The position numbers were made by a program, and so were the translations under genes. Positions 37,533-45,858 of a stretch of DNA of 64,000 nt are shown one piece after another. Source of the DNA: an uncultured Ruminococcus sp. (GTDB taxonomy: Bacteria; Bacillota; Clostridia; Oscillospirales; Acutalibacteraceae). The stretch spans positions 9,626 to 73,625 of the forward strand of contig CADCHW010000001.1 in assembly GCA_902801245.1 (NCBI GenBank), written 5' to 3'. A model generated the notes under the pieces. The model was not told the DNA's origin. It saw nothing but the letters and a program-made list of their open reading frames with translations, and made no database searches. Within the stretch, counting starts at the first letter, position 1. Each line of letters starts with the position of its first letter.

Positions 37533-38009
37533 TTACAGAATAATTTCACCGTCTAAAATCTTTGCAATGAAATCCTCAAATGTTTCCGCAACGGTATAAC
37601 ACTCTTCAAACTCGGGTTCATATCCCTGAACAACCTCGCCGCTGTCGGTGTCTATCGCATAATAGCTGTAGTCGCCCTCGATATCAAGAAAAATAGGGAA
37701 GTGCGTGTTCCAAAATTCCGTGATTTCTTCCTGCCATTCGGTATCGTCTTCGGCAGCTTGCAGACTCATCATTTCAAAATCATTCCACCCCCAAGACCCC
37801 TCGTCGTATTCGGCAGAGTAATCATTTATCGTCAGAAACCATTTGTTTTGTTCACTGTTTGTGCAATTTTTAACATTGCTAATGAAATTAAGCCATTTTT
37901 TTGAAACAGTGTATCTTTCAATAATACTTTCGGGCAAATTGAAATTTTCATCTGTTAATTCTAATTTCCAATCGTTTTTCCTAATCCAATCAATAAATTT
38001 CTTGTCCAT
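37533..38009 (-). CDS. SMI1/KNR4 (SUKH-type) immunity-like protein
   Basis: Start at MDKKFIDW after GGAGGTAAATG; LPESIIERY...WFLTINDY...YYAIDTDSGEVV pattern typical of SMI1/KNR4. Confidence 0.7.
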   Translation of the reverse strand: MDKKFIDWIRKNDWKLELTDENFNLPESIIERYTVSKKWLNFISNVKNCTNSEQNKWFLTINDYSAEYDEGSWGWNDFEMMSLQAAEDDTEWQEEITEFWNTHFPIFLDIEGDYSYYAIDTDSGEVVQGYEPEFEECYTVAETFEDFIAKILDGEIIL

Positions 38010-38025
38010 TGCATTTACCTCCGTG

Positions 38026-38745
38026 TCAATAATAAGTCGGAAATCTGATATTCGCTTCATCGCACAGCTTATAAAAATCTTCTCCGCTGTCTGTATACTT
38101 GTAAAAACAATCATACAACTTTACAAAATAATCAAGAGCCTCTTTAAGATACAAACAAACATACCTTTCAGATATAATCTTCTCGGCAGTTTTAACGGTT
38201 TCCTCATATGATTCTTTTGTAATAATGCACCCCTCGGGGAAATGATGAGCTCCCCATTCCAACCATTTTATTTGTTCGTAAAAGTACAAATCAACGGTTT
38301 TTTGGTCGCAGTCATTGTGATTGTATGCTTTTTCAAGTATTTTATATGTGTTATATTCTCCTTTGGGGTCAAAGGGATTTTGATGTGTATTGTAAATTTG
38401 GAATATCCAACGCATATGCGGCATCTTTTCAAGTTCGCACTGCCGCTTCAAATACTCCCAAACAATACGGTTAAGTTCATGCGGCAGGTGACAGGAAAAG
38501 CGGTAACTGTTCATAATGCCGCCGTTACGCAAAAATCTTTCGTGTTTACCCTCGTCAAGCATTTCACAGCAAAGTCGGTATAAGATTTCGTCACGCTCCG
38601 ATTCGGGAACGTTTTTCTCAAAATCATTCACAAAATTTTTGATGTAGTTATTTGCTTGCTTTTTCAAACCCTTATCGTAATACTCGAAATATTTATCAAT
38701 TCCGATAATAAATTTTTCATATCCGTGATTTTCTGTAAGTGCCAT
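38026..38745 (-). CDS. Hypothetical protein (Trp/Tyr/Cys-rich, cytoplasmic)
   Basis: 239-aa ORF, 17 nt upstream of the SMI1/KNR4 gene on the same strand; no recognised family. Confidence 0.55.
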   Translation of the reverse strand: MALTENHGYEKFIIGIDKYFEYYDKGLKKQANNYIKNFVNDFEKNVPESERDEILYRLCCEMLDEGKHERFLRNGGIMNSYRFSCHLPHELNRIVWEYLKRQCELEKMPHMRWIFQIYNTHQNPFDPKGEYNTYKILEKAYNHNDCDQKTVDLYFYEQIKWLEWGAHHFPEGCIITKESYEETVKTAEKIISERYVCLYLKEALDYFVKLYDCFYKYTDSGEDFYKLCDEANIRFPTYY

Positions 38746-39084
38746 ATAAAATATCCTCGTAATATATCATAAATTCCGAACCAAATAATATTATAATGCT
38801 GTCATTTGGATAGCAAAAATCAGTCCATTTCTCGCAAAATAACTTTATATATATCGGTAATATCATTTTGGGATAAAAACATAAAAAGCACCTCCGAATT
38901 TTGACTGTAAAATAAATATAGCATAATGTCAAATCAAAGTCAACAGTTTTGTATATATTCATTATACTTTGTAACAAAAAAGATTAAAACATTATAAAAA
39001 ATGAATTTGACAATTTTAAAGTAATGTGATATATTTATTATGTTAGTTATTAATTACGTACAGCGGAAACAGGAGTGAATTCGT

Positions 39085-39996
39085 ATGAGCCTATCGGGAG
39101 ATATTGCTATCAAAATAATGAGGTTAATTCACCCGGGAAAGGGTTCGTTTAAGAATATCGAAAAGTGCCGCAGAAAATCAGCAAGAGAAAACGCAAAAGC
39201 TAAATTTTCAATGCCAAAAAACAGAAAAGCAAAATATGAACTTGTTGACAATACGGAATATCCCTGTTTGATTATTCGCTCAAAGAAAAATAAATCCTCC
39301 GATAAAAATAAAGCCATAATGTATATTTACGGCGGTGTTACCAATTGCTGGAAAATACAAATTGATTTTGCAATAGATTATGCCGACAGAACGGGACTTG
39401 ATGTCTGGTATCCGATTTATCCGTCGGTGTCGGAGGTGAATATCACAAAGTCAATAGATGTCCTGTATAACGTATATGTAAAAATGACAGAGAGGTATAA
39501 TCACGAAAAAATAGCAATTGTCGGATTGTCTTTCGGGGGTTCATTTGCACTTGAAATTATAAATTGGAATAACAGAAGTGAAAATCCCGTAGGTATGCCC
39601 GGTCTTATAATTGCACATTCTCCGGGAGGTATACCCGATACGGAAGAAGATTGGGCGGAACTTCAAAAGTATGAGAAGAAAGACCCGTTTTTCGCCTTGT
39701 GCGACGTTCGTGTTATTCCCGAACTGACTGCCCACGGAGAAGAAGTTCCGAATCATTCTGTTACACCCATTCACGAGAATTTTAAAAATGCACCTCCTAC
39801 CTATATGTACTACGGGGAAGAGGTTCTCGCCGGAAATGCCGCAGCATATCGCAAAGCGTTTGAGCGTGACGGTTCGAGGGATAAGCTTCATATTGATATA
39901 AGGGAAAATATGATGCACGTTTATTCATGTATGCCGGTATTTCCCGAAAGTAAGAAGTCTTATTTTGAAAGTGTCGATTTGATAAATAATATGTAA
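39085..39996 (+). CDS. Alpha/beta hydrolase (esterase/lipase-like)
   Basis: YGG oxyanion-hole region IMYIYGG; nucleophile elbow GLSFGG; C-terminal His region. Confidence 0.7.
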   Translation: MSLSGDIAIKIMRLIHPGKGSFKNIEKCRRKSARENAKAKFSMPKNRKAKYELVDNTEYPCLIIRSKKNKSSDKNKAIMYIYGGVTNCWKIQIDFAIDYADRTGLDVWYPIYPSVSEVNITKSIDVLYNVYVKMTERYNHEKIAIVGLSFGGSFALEIINWNNRSENPVGMPGLIIAHSPGGIPDTEEDWAELQKYEKKDPFFALCDVRVIPELTAHGEEVPNHSVTPIHENFKNAPPTYMYYGEEVLAGNAAAYRKAFERDGSRDKLHIDIRENMMHVYSCMPVFPESKKSYFESVDLINNM

Positions 39997-40026
39997 AATA
40001 GTGAAATGTTGACTTTGAAATTTTTT

Positions 40027-40365
40027 TAGTTGTACGGTTGCGAAGCTTGTTAAAGTTTGGTCAAGCTTTTTAAAGCTTGCGGGCGACGGAACACCCCAAG
40101 AAGTCAAGCCGTTAGGCGTAGACTGATTGGTAGGTGTTCCTAGCGGTCTTGCACCATGCAGGGGCAGAGCCCTTGTCGCTGACGAATCCAACTTTCAAAG
40201 AAAAATAAACTACCCTCAGCGAAACTAAACAAACTATAATTAAAAAACAAAAATAAAAGCCTATATAAAATGTATCTTTCGATTAAAACCAAAACAGGCA
40301 ACAGCGTAGCGAATTGCCGGTCTAAGAAAGATATTGGACGATTTTAAATTCAACCGTACAGCTAC
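40027..40365 (+). repeat. Family A repeat, copy A2: complete, with terminal inverted repeats and a 9-bp flanking direct repeat
   Basis: Left end TAGTTGTACGGTTG, right end CAACCGTACAGCTAC; AAATTTTTT at 40018-40026 and 40366-40374; carries an extra ~73-nt hairpin at 40084-40156. Confidence 0.85.
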
Positions 40366-40392
40366 AAATTTTTTACTTAAAGGAAGAGGATT

Positions 40393-40659
40393 ATGAAGCT
40401 AAAGAAAGAGTATACTGTATACCACAGCGAAAATAAAAGCATTCTTATCCCTGTAGAAGATACAGAATTTTCGGGTATTGTAAAAGGAAATAAAACGTTT
40501 GGAATTATTTTAGATTGCCTGCAAAAAGGTACAACGGAGAAAAATATTGTAAAGTATTTAAAAGAAAAATACAGAAATGCCGATATTATAGCCGAGAATG
40601 ATGTAAAAAAGGTTCTTGCAGAATTAAGAAAAATAGGAGCTATAGATGAGTATGAATAA
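40393..40659 (+). CDS. PqqD-family (RiPP recognition element-like) small protein
   Basis: 88 aa; GNKTFGIILDCLQKGTTEKNIVKYLKEKY...DVKKVLAELRKIGAI matches the PqqD/RRE pattern; AGGAAGAGG RBS. Confidence 0.7.
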   Translation: MKLKKEYTVYHSENKSILIPVEDTEFSGIVKGNKTFGIILDCLQKGTTEKNIVKYLKEKYRNADIIAENDVKKVLAELRKIGAIDEYE

Positions 40660-41773
40660 AAGTAAATATTTGAAATCTGTAAATGATATGATTTATCTTA
40701 TCTATTGTGTTATTAATAATCATATACCCGATACGGATAAAATCAACAATATCAATCCCGAGAATCTTTATCTGATATCAAAGAATCATATGCTAACAGC
40801 GATAACGGCTGTCGCACTGGAATCGGCAGGGTTAAAATTTGAGAATTTTACACAAGCGAAAGGTAAAGCTTGCAGAAAAAATGCCACTCTCGATATAGAA
40901 AGAGCGGCTTTATTTAAATATTTTGACAGTGAAAATATATGGTATGTTCCACTTAAGGGTGCGGTTCTGAAAGATTATTATCCTGAGTTTGGTATGCGTG
41001 AAATGTCGGATAACGATATATTGTTCGATTCGTCATACAGAGAACAGGCTAAGAAATATTTTGAAACCAACGGCTACGAAACTAAAAAATACGGCAGCAG
41101 TAATCACGATATATATTTGAAAAAACCTGTGAGTAATTTTGAAATGCACGTTGAATTGTTTGAGGAAAGCTACGCCGAAAAATATCCCGAAATTAGGGAA
41201 TATTACAAGAACGTTCAAAAACGTTTGATAAAAAATGATACGGGCAGCGGCTGTCATTTCAGCAATGAGGATTTTTACATATACATAATTACACATGCAT
41301 ACAAGCACTATTCAATCGGCGGGACAGGCTTGCGTTCACTGCTTGACATATATGTTTTTATGAAGAAATTCGGAGATACTCTTAAAACTGAGTACATAGA
41401 AACCGAGCTTCAAAAAATGAAAATTGCCGAGTATGAACGCAGCAGCCGACGTTTGGCAATGAACCTTTTCGGAAAGAACAAGCTTGCCGATGAAGACAGG
41501 GAAATGTTTGAATACATAGTCTTTTCGGGGGCTTACGGCACTAAGGAACATATTGTAAAAAACAGAATGGATAGGTTTAACGGCAGCAAGCTAAGGTACG
41601 TTTTTTACAAAATTTTTCCGCCTGTAAGTAAATTGAAAAAGAGATATCCCGTTTTCTTTAAGCACAAAATATTACTTCCGTTTTTGCCTTTTTACAGATT
41701 GTTCAGAGCTTTCACAGTAAAAAGAGAAAGAGCAAAAACAGAAATAAAATTGTTATTAAAATATAAAAGTTAA
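40646..41773 (+). CDS. Uncharacterised nucleotidyltransferase-family protein (NTP_transf_5-like)
   Basis: 14-nt overlap with the PqqD-like gene; LKGAVLKDYYPE...REMSDNDILF...HDIYLKKP...FEMHVELF pattern as in PF14907-type proteins. Confidence 0.65.
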   Translation: MSMNKSKYLKSVNDMIYLIYCVINNHIPDTDKINNINPENLYLISKNHMLTAITAVALESAGLKFENFTQAKGKACRKNATLDIERAALFKYFDSENIWYVPLKGAVLKDYYPEFGMREMSDNDILFDSSYREQAKKYFETNGYETKKYGSSNHDIYLKKPVSNFEMHVELFEESYAEKYPEIREYYKNVQKRLIKNDTGSGCHFSNEDFYIYIITHAYKHYSIGGTGLRSLLDIYVFMKKFGDTLKTEYIETELQKMKIAEYERSSRRLAMNLFGKNKLADEDREMFEYIVFSGAYGTKEHIVKNRMDRFNGSKLRYVFYKIFPPVSKLKKRYPVFFKHKILLPFLPFYRLFRAFTVKRERAKTEIKLLLKYKS

Positions 41774-41783
41774 TAAAATAATA

Positions 41784-42359
41784 TCATTCATAAGTATGCT
41801 CGCAAATCTCGTTAATCTTATCCCTGAGCTTAAAATAATCCTCCATAGCGGCAGGTTTATTGTTTGGATTTCTTAAAAGTGCGGCAGGGTGGAGGGTTGC
41901 CATAAGAAGAGTGCCGTTGCGTTCAAAGAAAATACCGTGTTCCTTAGTTATCTTGATGTCGGGCTTAATAACTTTCATAGCCGATATTCTTCCAAGACAT
42001 ACTATAATTTTCGGTTTTATAAGCTTAACCTGATTTCTGAGCCAGAAAATACATTGCTCCTGCTCCTCGGGTTTCGGGTCACGGTTTTTCGGCGGACGGC
42101 ATTTAACCATATTTCCTATGTAAATATTTTTCTTGCGGTCAAGGTCAACCACAGCAAGCATCTTGTCAAGAAGCTGACCTCCACGACCAACAAAAGGTTC
42201 GCCCCTTAAGTCCTCCTGTTCACCGGGTCCCTCGCCGATAAACATAACCTCCGCATTCGGATTGCCCACACCAAACACAAGGTTCGTTCTCGTTTCGCAA
42301 AGACCGCATTTTTTGCAGTCATAGCAGGCAGCTTTCAAATCTTCCCAGTTGTCATACAT
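41784..42359 (-). CDS. Uracil-DNA glycosylase, family 4
   Basis: CxxCxLC cluster; [23 protein letters not shown]; HPAALLR. Confidence 0.88.
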   Translation of the reverse strand: MYDNWEDLKAACYDCKKCGLCETRTNLVFGVGNPNAEVMFIGEGPGEQEDLRGEPFVGRGGQLLDKMLAVVDLDRKKNIYIGNMVKCRPPKNRDPKPEEQEQCIFWLRNQVKLIKPKIIVCLGRISAMKVIKPDIKITKEHGIFFERNGTLLMATLHPAALLRNPNNKPAAMEDYFKLRDKINEICEHTYE

Positions 42360-42642
42360 TGTAATCACGTTCCTTTAGGAACTATGCAGAAATAATTAAT
42401 ACATTTTTATCATTGAAACACTGTAGAAAACATTGTTTTTTATCGTAAAATGACTGAATAATTTCCGCACAATTCCTTAATTGTTTTGTATATCTCATTT
42501 TATCACAAAACGCAGTTCATTACAATATTGTACACAATTTTTATTAAAAATTCTTGCATTTATTTCCAAACGGGTGTAAAATAATAAGTGGAATATTGTC
42601 CCTATGGACAATAAATTTAATAAAAATGGAATGGTGATTAAA

Positions 42643-43212
42643 ATGAAGGTTATCGTTGAAACCTCAGCACGTCATATTCACGTGACACCCGAGGTTTTTG
42701 CAGTGTTGTACGGTGAGGACGCTACCCTCACAAAGAAGAAAGACTTATCACAGCCGGGTCAGTTTGCCTGTGCGGAGAAAGTTACTGTTGTAGGTCCGAA
42801 AGGCGAGCTTGCTCTTTCGATTTTAGGTCCTTTCAGAAAGGATACTCAGGTTGAGCTTTCTCTTACGGACGCAAGAAAGGTCGGTTTAGTTCCTCCTATC
42901 AGAGAGAGCGGAGATATCGCAGGAACACCCGGATGTAAGCTTATAGGTCCTAAGGGCGAATGTCAGATAGAGAACGGCGTTATCGTTGCCAAAAGACATA
43001 TTCACCTCACACCCGAAAAGGCTGAGGAGTTCGGCTTGCAGGATAAGCAGATTGTTTCCGTTGAGGTTGACCCCGGTACAGGCAGAAAACTCACTTTCGG
43101 TGACGTTGTTATCCGTGTAAGAGCAGATTTCGCACCGGCTATGCACATCGATACGGACGAAGCCAACGCAGCGGCTATCAGCGGCGTAGTTGACGGCACA
43201 ATTATTGCATAA
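42643..43212 (+). CDS. pduL: Phosphate propanoyltransferase PduL
   Basis: Duplicated SARHIHVTPE / AKRHIHLTPE motifs typical of PduL. Confidence 0.85.
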   Translation: MKVIVETSARHIHVTPEVFAVLYGEDATLTKKKDLSQPGQFACAEKVTVVGPKGELALSILGPFRKDTQVELSLTDARKVGLVPPIRESGDIAGTPGCKLIGPKGECQIENGVIVAKRHIHLTPEKAEEFGLQDKQIVSVEVDPGTGRKLTFGDVVIRVRADFAPAMHIDTDEANAAAISGVVDGTIIA

Positions 43213-43213
43213 T

Positions 43214-43960
43214 ATGAAGCTGAGAAATATATGTCTGTCCGTTTTCGGAGTTGTGTTTATATCGCTTGTGTTTCTGATGAACGGACTGTGTACGGTCATT
43301 GAAGCAGACGCAAGCGACGAGGTTTTGAAGCTTGACGGAATAGACCCTACCGATATGTCGGTGTATCATTCAATGGGGGAGTACTATCCGCCCGACAATG
43401 TTGATACTCTTAACGTAAATTGGGTAGGCGGACGTGTTGAAATCATAGGCTACAACGAAAAAGAATACTTTGTTGAAGAAGCCGCAACACGTCAGCTTAT
43501 GGAGGACGAAAGACTTTCCTATACATTTGAGGGAAATACCTTTTCGATTTTCTATGTTGCAAGCGAAGAAACACTGATTGACGACGCTTACAAAAAAGTT
43601 GAAATCCGTGTTCCGCAGCAGTTGGCAGATAAGCTGAAATCGGTCAATGTAAACACAAACGGTGAAGTTGTTTTTAGGAATTTCACAGCCGAAAGCATTA
43701 CGGTGAATAATATTGACAGCAGCGTTTCTCTTGAAAGTGTTTATTCTAAGAATACTAAAATTGAAACAGAGGGCGGAAATGTCAATATGAAAGTTGACGG
43801 CGGAGTAGGTTACTCTGTTGACTTCAAGTCGAGAAAAGGTAAACTCAATTCCTATATCGACAACGGCAAGAATCGTTATATTTGCGGTGACGGAACATAT
43901 CCGTACACTGTTAAAACAAAAAGCGGTAATTTTAATATTGATGTTCTTCCTCAGTATTAA
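43214..43960 (+). CDS. DUF4097-like beta-strand-repeat protein with N-terminal anchor
   Basis: N-terminal TM; repetitive beta-strand C-half (VNVNTNGEVVF...VSLESV...GGNVNMKV); ATG start chosen over the upstream TTG at 43190. Confidence 0.55.
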   Translation: MKLRNICLSVFGVVFISLVFLMNGLCTVIEADASDEVLKLDGIDPTDMSVYHSMGEYYPPDNVDTLNVNWVGGRVEIIGYNEKEYFVEEAATRQLMEDERLSYTFEGNTFSIFYVASEETLIDDAYKKVEIRVPQQLADKLKSVNVNTNGEVVFRNFTAESITVNNIDSSVSLESVYSKNTKIETEGGNVNMKVDGGVGYSVDFKSRKGKLNSYIDNGKNRYICGDGTYPYTVKTKSGNFNIDVLPQY

Positions 43961-43978
43961 TATCAAATATTCAAAAAA

Positions 43979-44017
43979 ACAGCAGATAAGGAATAAACCT
44001 TGTCTGCTGTAATTTTG
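43979..44017 (+). terminator. Rho-independent terminator
   Basis: ACAGCAGATAAGG...CCTTGTCTGCTGT followed by AATTTTGTT. Confidence 0.65.
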
Positions 44018-44023
44018 TTGATG

Positions 44024-44112
44024 TGATTGTTATTGTCTTTAATAAATTCAATAACAATAAACTTTGGGCGGGGTATACAAAGCTGAAATAAAAAATGCTT
44101 CACGTGTTTCCC
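44024..44112 (+). repeat. Family B repeat, right-arm fragment (B5) overlapping the 3' end of the Uma2 gene
   Basis: TGATTGTTATTGT...AACTTTGGGCGGGGTA...GCTTCACGTGTTTCC parallels the loop and right arm of B2. Confidence 0.6.
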
Positions 44113-44654
44113 GTTACAGTTAGGTGACAAATTGTAATTTCAAGTTGTCCGTTGTATATTCCGACAGGTATTGAATCATTGAAAGTATACGGAGTACAAA
44201 TATAATTGTCTGCCAAGCGGTAAACTATAACCGTTTCACGCTGAGGATTTACTATCCAATATTCTCTGACACCGTATTTGTTGTACAAATTTAGCTTGTA
44301 AACATAATCGTGTGAAAAGTTGCTTGAAGTTATTTCAACAATCCAGTCGGGAGCACCTGTGCAGCCTTTTTCGGTTAGCTTGTCGGGGTCGCATATAACG
44401 GAAATATCGGGTTGAACAACCGTATCGTCCGAAAGCTCAACGTCAAAAGGAGCAACATAGACCTCGCATTTACCTTTGTTTTTTTCAATAAAATTCTGAA
44501 TGCTGTAGGAAATTCTGGTTACAAGCTTTTGATGAATCCTCAGCGGAGCAGGCGACATATCATAAATAATTCCCTCGATAAGTTCAACCCTGCTGCCCTC
44601 GGGGAGTGAGTAATAATAATCCTTTGTGTAGAATTCCAATTTTTCTGCCAACAT
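44100..44654 (-). CDS. Uma2-family (DUF820) PD-(D/E)xK endonuclease-like protein
   Basis: VELIEGIIYDMSPAP...VVQPDISV...APDWIVEITS...YGVREYWIV pattern typical of Uma2. Confidence 0.8.
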   Translation of the reverse strand: MLAEKLEFYTKDYYYSLPEGSRVELIEGIIYDMSPAPLRIHQKLVTRISYSIQNFIEKNKGKCEVYVAPFDVELSDDTVVQPDISVICDPDKLTEKGCTGAPDWIVEITSSNFSHDYVYKLNLYNKYGVREYWIVNPQRETVIVYRLADNYICTPYTFNDSIPVGIYNGQLEITICHLTVTGNT

Positions 44655-44737
44655 ATTATAACCTCGCTTTGTGCTTTATTCCGAATAGTTAGTTTTATGT
44701 TAATTATATTATACATAAAAATTCACACAAAAGCAAG

Positions 44738-44917
44738 AAGAAGACAGTCTTTTTAAGAAATAGCTTCATCTACCCGACCGAAAGTATTTGGTATGATTGT
44801 TATTGTACTTCATAAAGTTGGTCAAAAATTGCCGCATTAAAATCAACTTTCGGTCGGGTAATAAAAGTTACGGATAAATCAAACTGTCTACACGTGTTTT
44901 CTGTCGGCATTGCCGAC
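44738..44917 (+). repeat. Family B palindromic repeat, full copy (B2)
   Basis: GAAGACAGTC...CCCGACCGAAAGT / ACTTTCGGTCGGG...ACTGTCTACACGTG, then hairpin GTCGGCATTGCCGAC. Confidence 0.8.
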
Positions 44918-44922
44918 CCGAC

Positions 44923-45858
44923 TTAATTTTCGGGGACAATTTTAACAACCGCCGTGCTGCTGTAAACAAGCGGATTGCTGTGAGAAAAGAAAATCGTACC
45001 GGTACACGGAGCAATAATTTTCTCCGTAATCTCACCCGTGTAAGGGTCAATTATTCTTGCAAGCAAATCGCCTGCCTCGGCTTGCTGACCCGATTGCAGA
45101 ACAGGTCGGTAAATACCCGAATGGGTGTTGCGGACATTTACCATATCCGTATTCCAAAGCAGCTTTGAGTGATAGCCTGCATTTGTGCTGACACTCTCGT
45201 CAATAACTCCGATACACTTCAAAAAGTGCAGAACACTCTTTATACCTTGCTTTGCACTTGCTTCATCGATATCGGCAGTAGTTGTTGTGTAAACGCTGTA
45301 AGCTTTTGTTTCCCAAAGCTGCCAGTTGTAGTTCAAAGTGGTAGTGTCATAAGGACGAACCTTTCTCCGCACAACATAGGGCATACCGAAAAGCTTCGCC
45401 TGTTCCACGTCCTCTTCGCCTGTTGACATCATTCTGATATGCGGAATAAATCTTCCCGGCATATAAAAGCTGGTGAACTGAATACCGTACTTGTAACTCT
45501 TGATATTCTCAAACAAACCTGCCGCAATTCTCTGAGTAGTTTCGCCCACATCATAGCCGGGGAACATTCTGTTAATGTCGGTGTTGTCGATAGGCCAGAA
45601 CCGCTTCTCAGTGTTTATGCTTCTCGGGTTGGCACAGGGGATAACGGTTATTTTCTTATCCTTGACAATAGCACCCTTTTGTTCCAGAATATTCAACTCT
45701 TTAACAAGCTGACTGCAAACGTAAGTCTGCTGTATCTCGTTTCCTCTCAGGCTTCCCAGAATGCAGACGGATTCTTCACCCGAACCGAACTCGAAAGCTC
45801 GTGCCCTCATATCATCTCTGTAAAGTGTTTTTAACTCGTAAATAATTTTTTCTCTCAT
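44923..45858 (-). CDS. AstE/AspA (succinylglutamate desuccinylase/aspartoacylase) family paralog with substituted metal ligands
   Basis: Same-length paralog of the upstream gene; GSLRGNEIQ in place of GTHGDELEG and IQFTS in place of IDIHAS. Confidence 0.7.
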   Translation of the reverse strand: MREKIIYELKTLYRDDMRARAFEFGSGEESVCILGSLRGNEIQQTYVCSQLVKELNILEQKGAIVKDKKITVIPCANPRSINTEKRFWPIDNTDINRMFPGYDVGETTQRIAAGLFENIKSYKYGIQFTSFYMPGRFIPHIRMMSTGEEDVEQAKLFGMPYVVRRKVRPYDTTTLNYNWQLWETKAYSVYTTTTADIDEASAKQGIKSVLHFLKCIGVIDESVSTNAGYHSKLLWNTDMVNVRNTHSGIYRPVLQSGQQAEAGDLLARIIDPYTGEITEKIIAPCTGTIFFSHSNPLVYSSTAVVKIVPEN

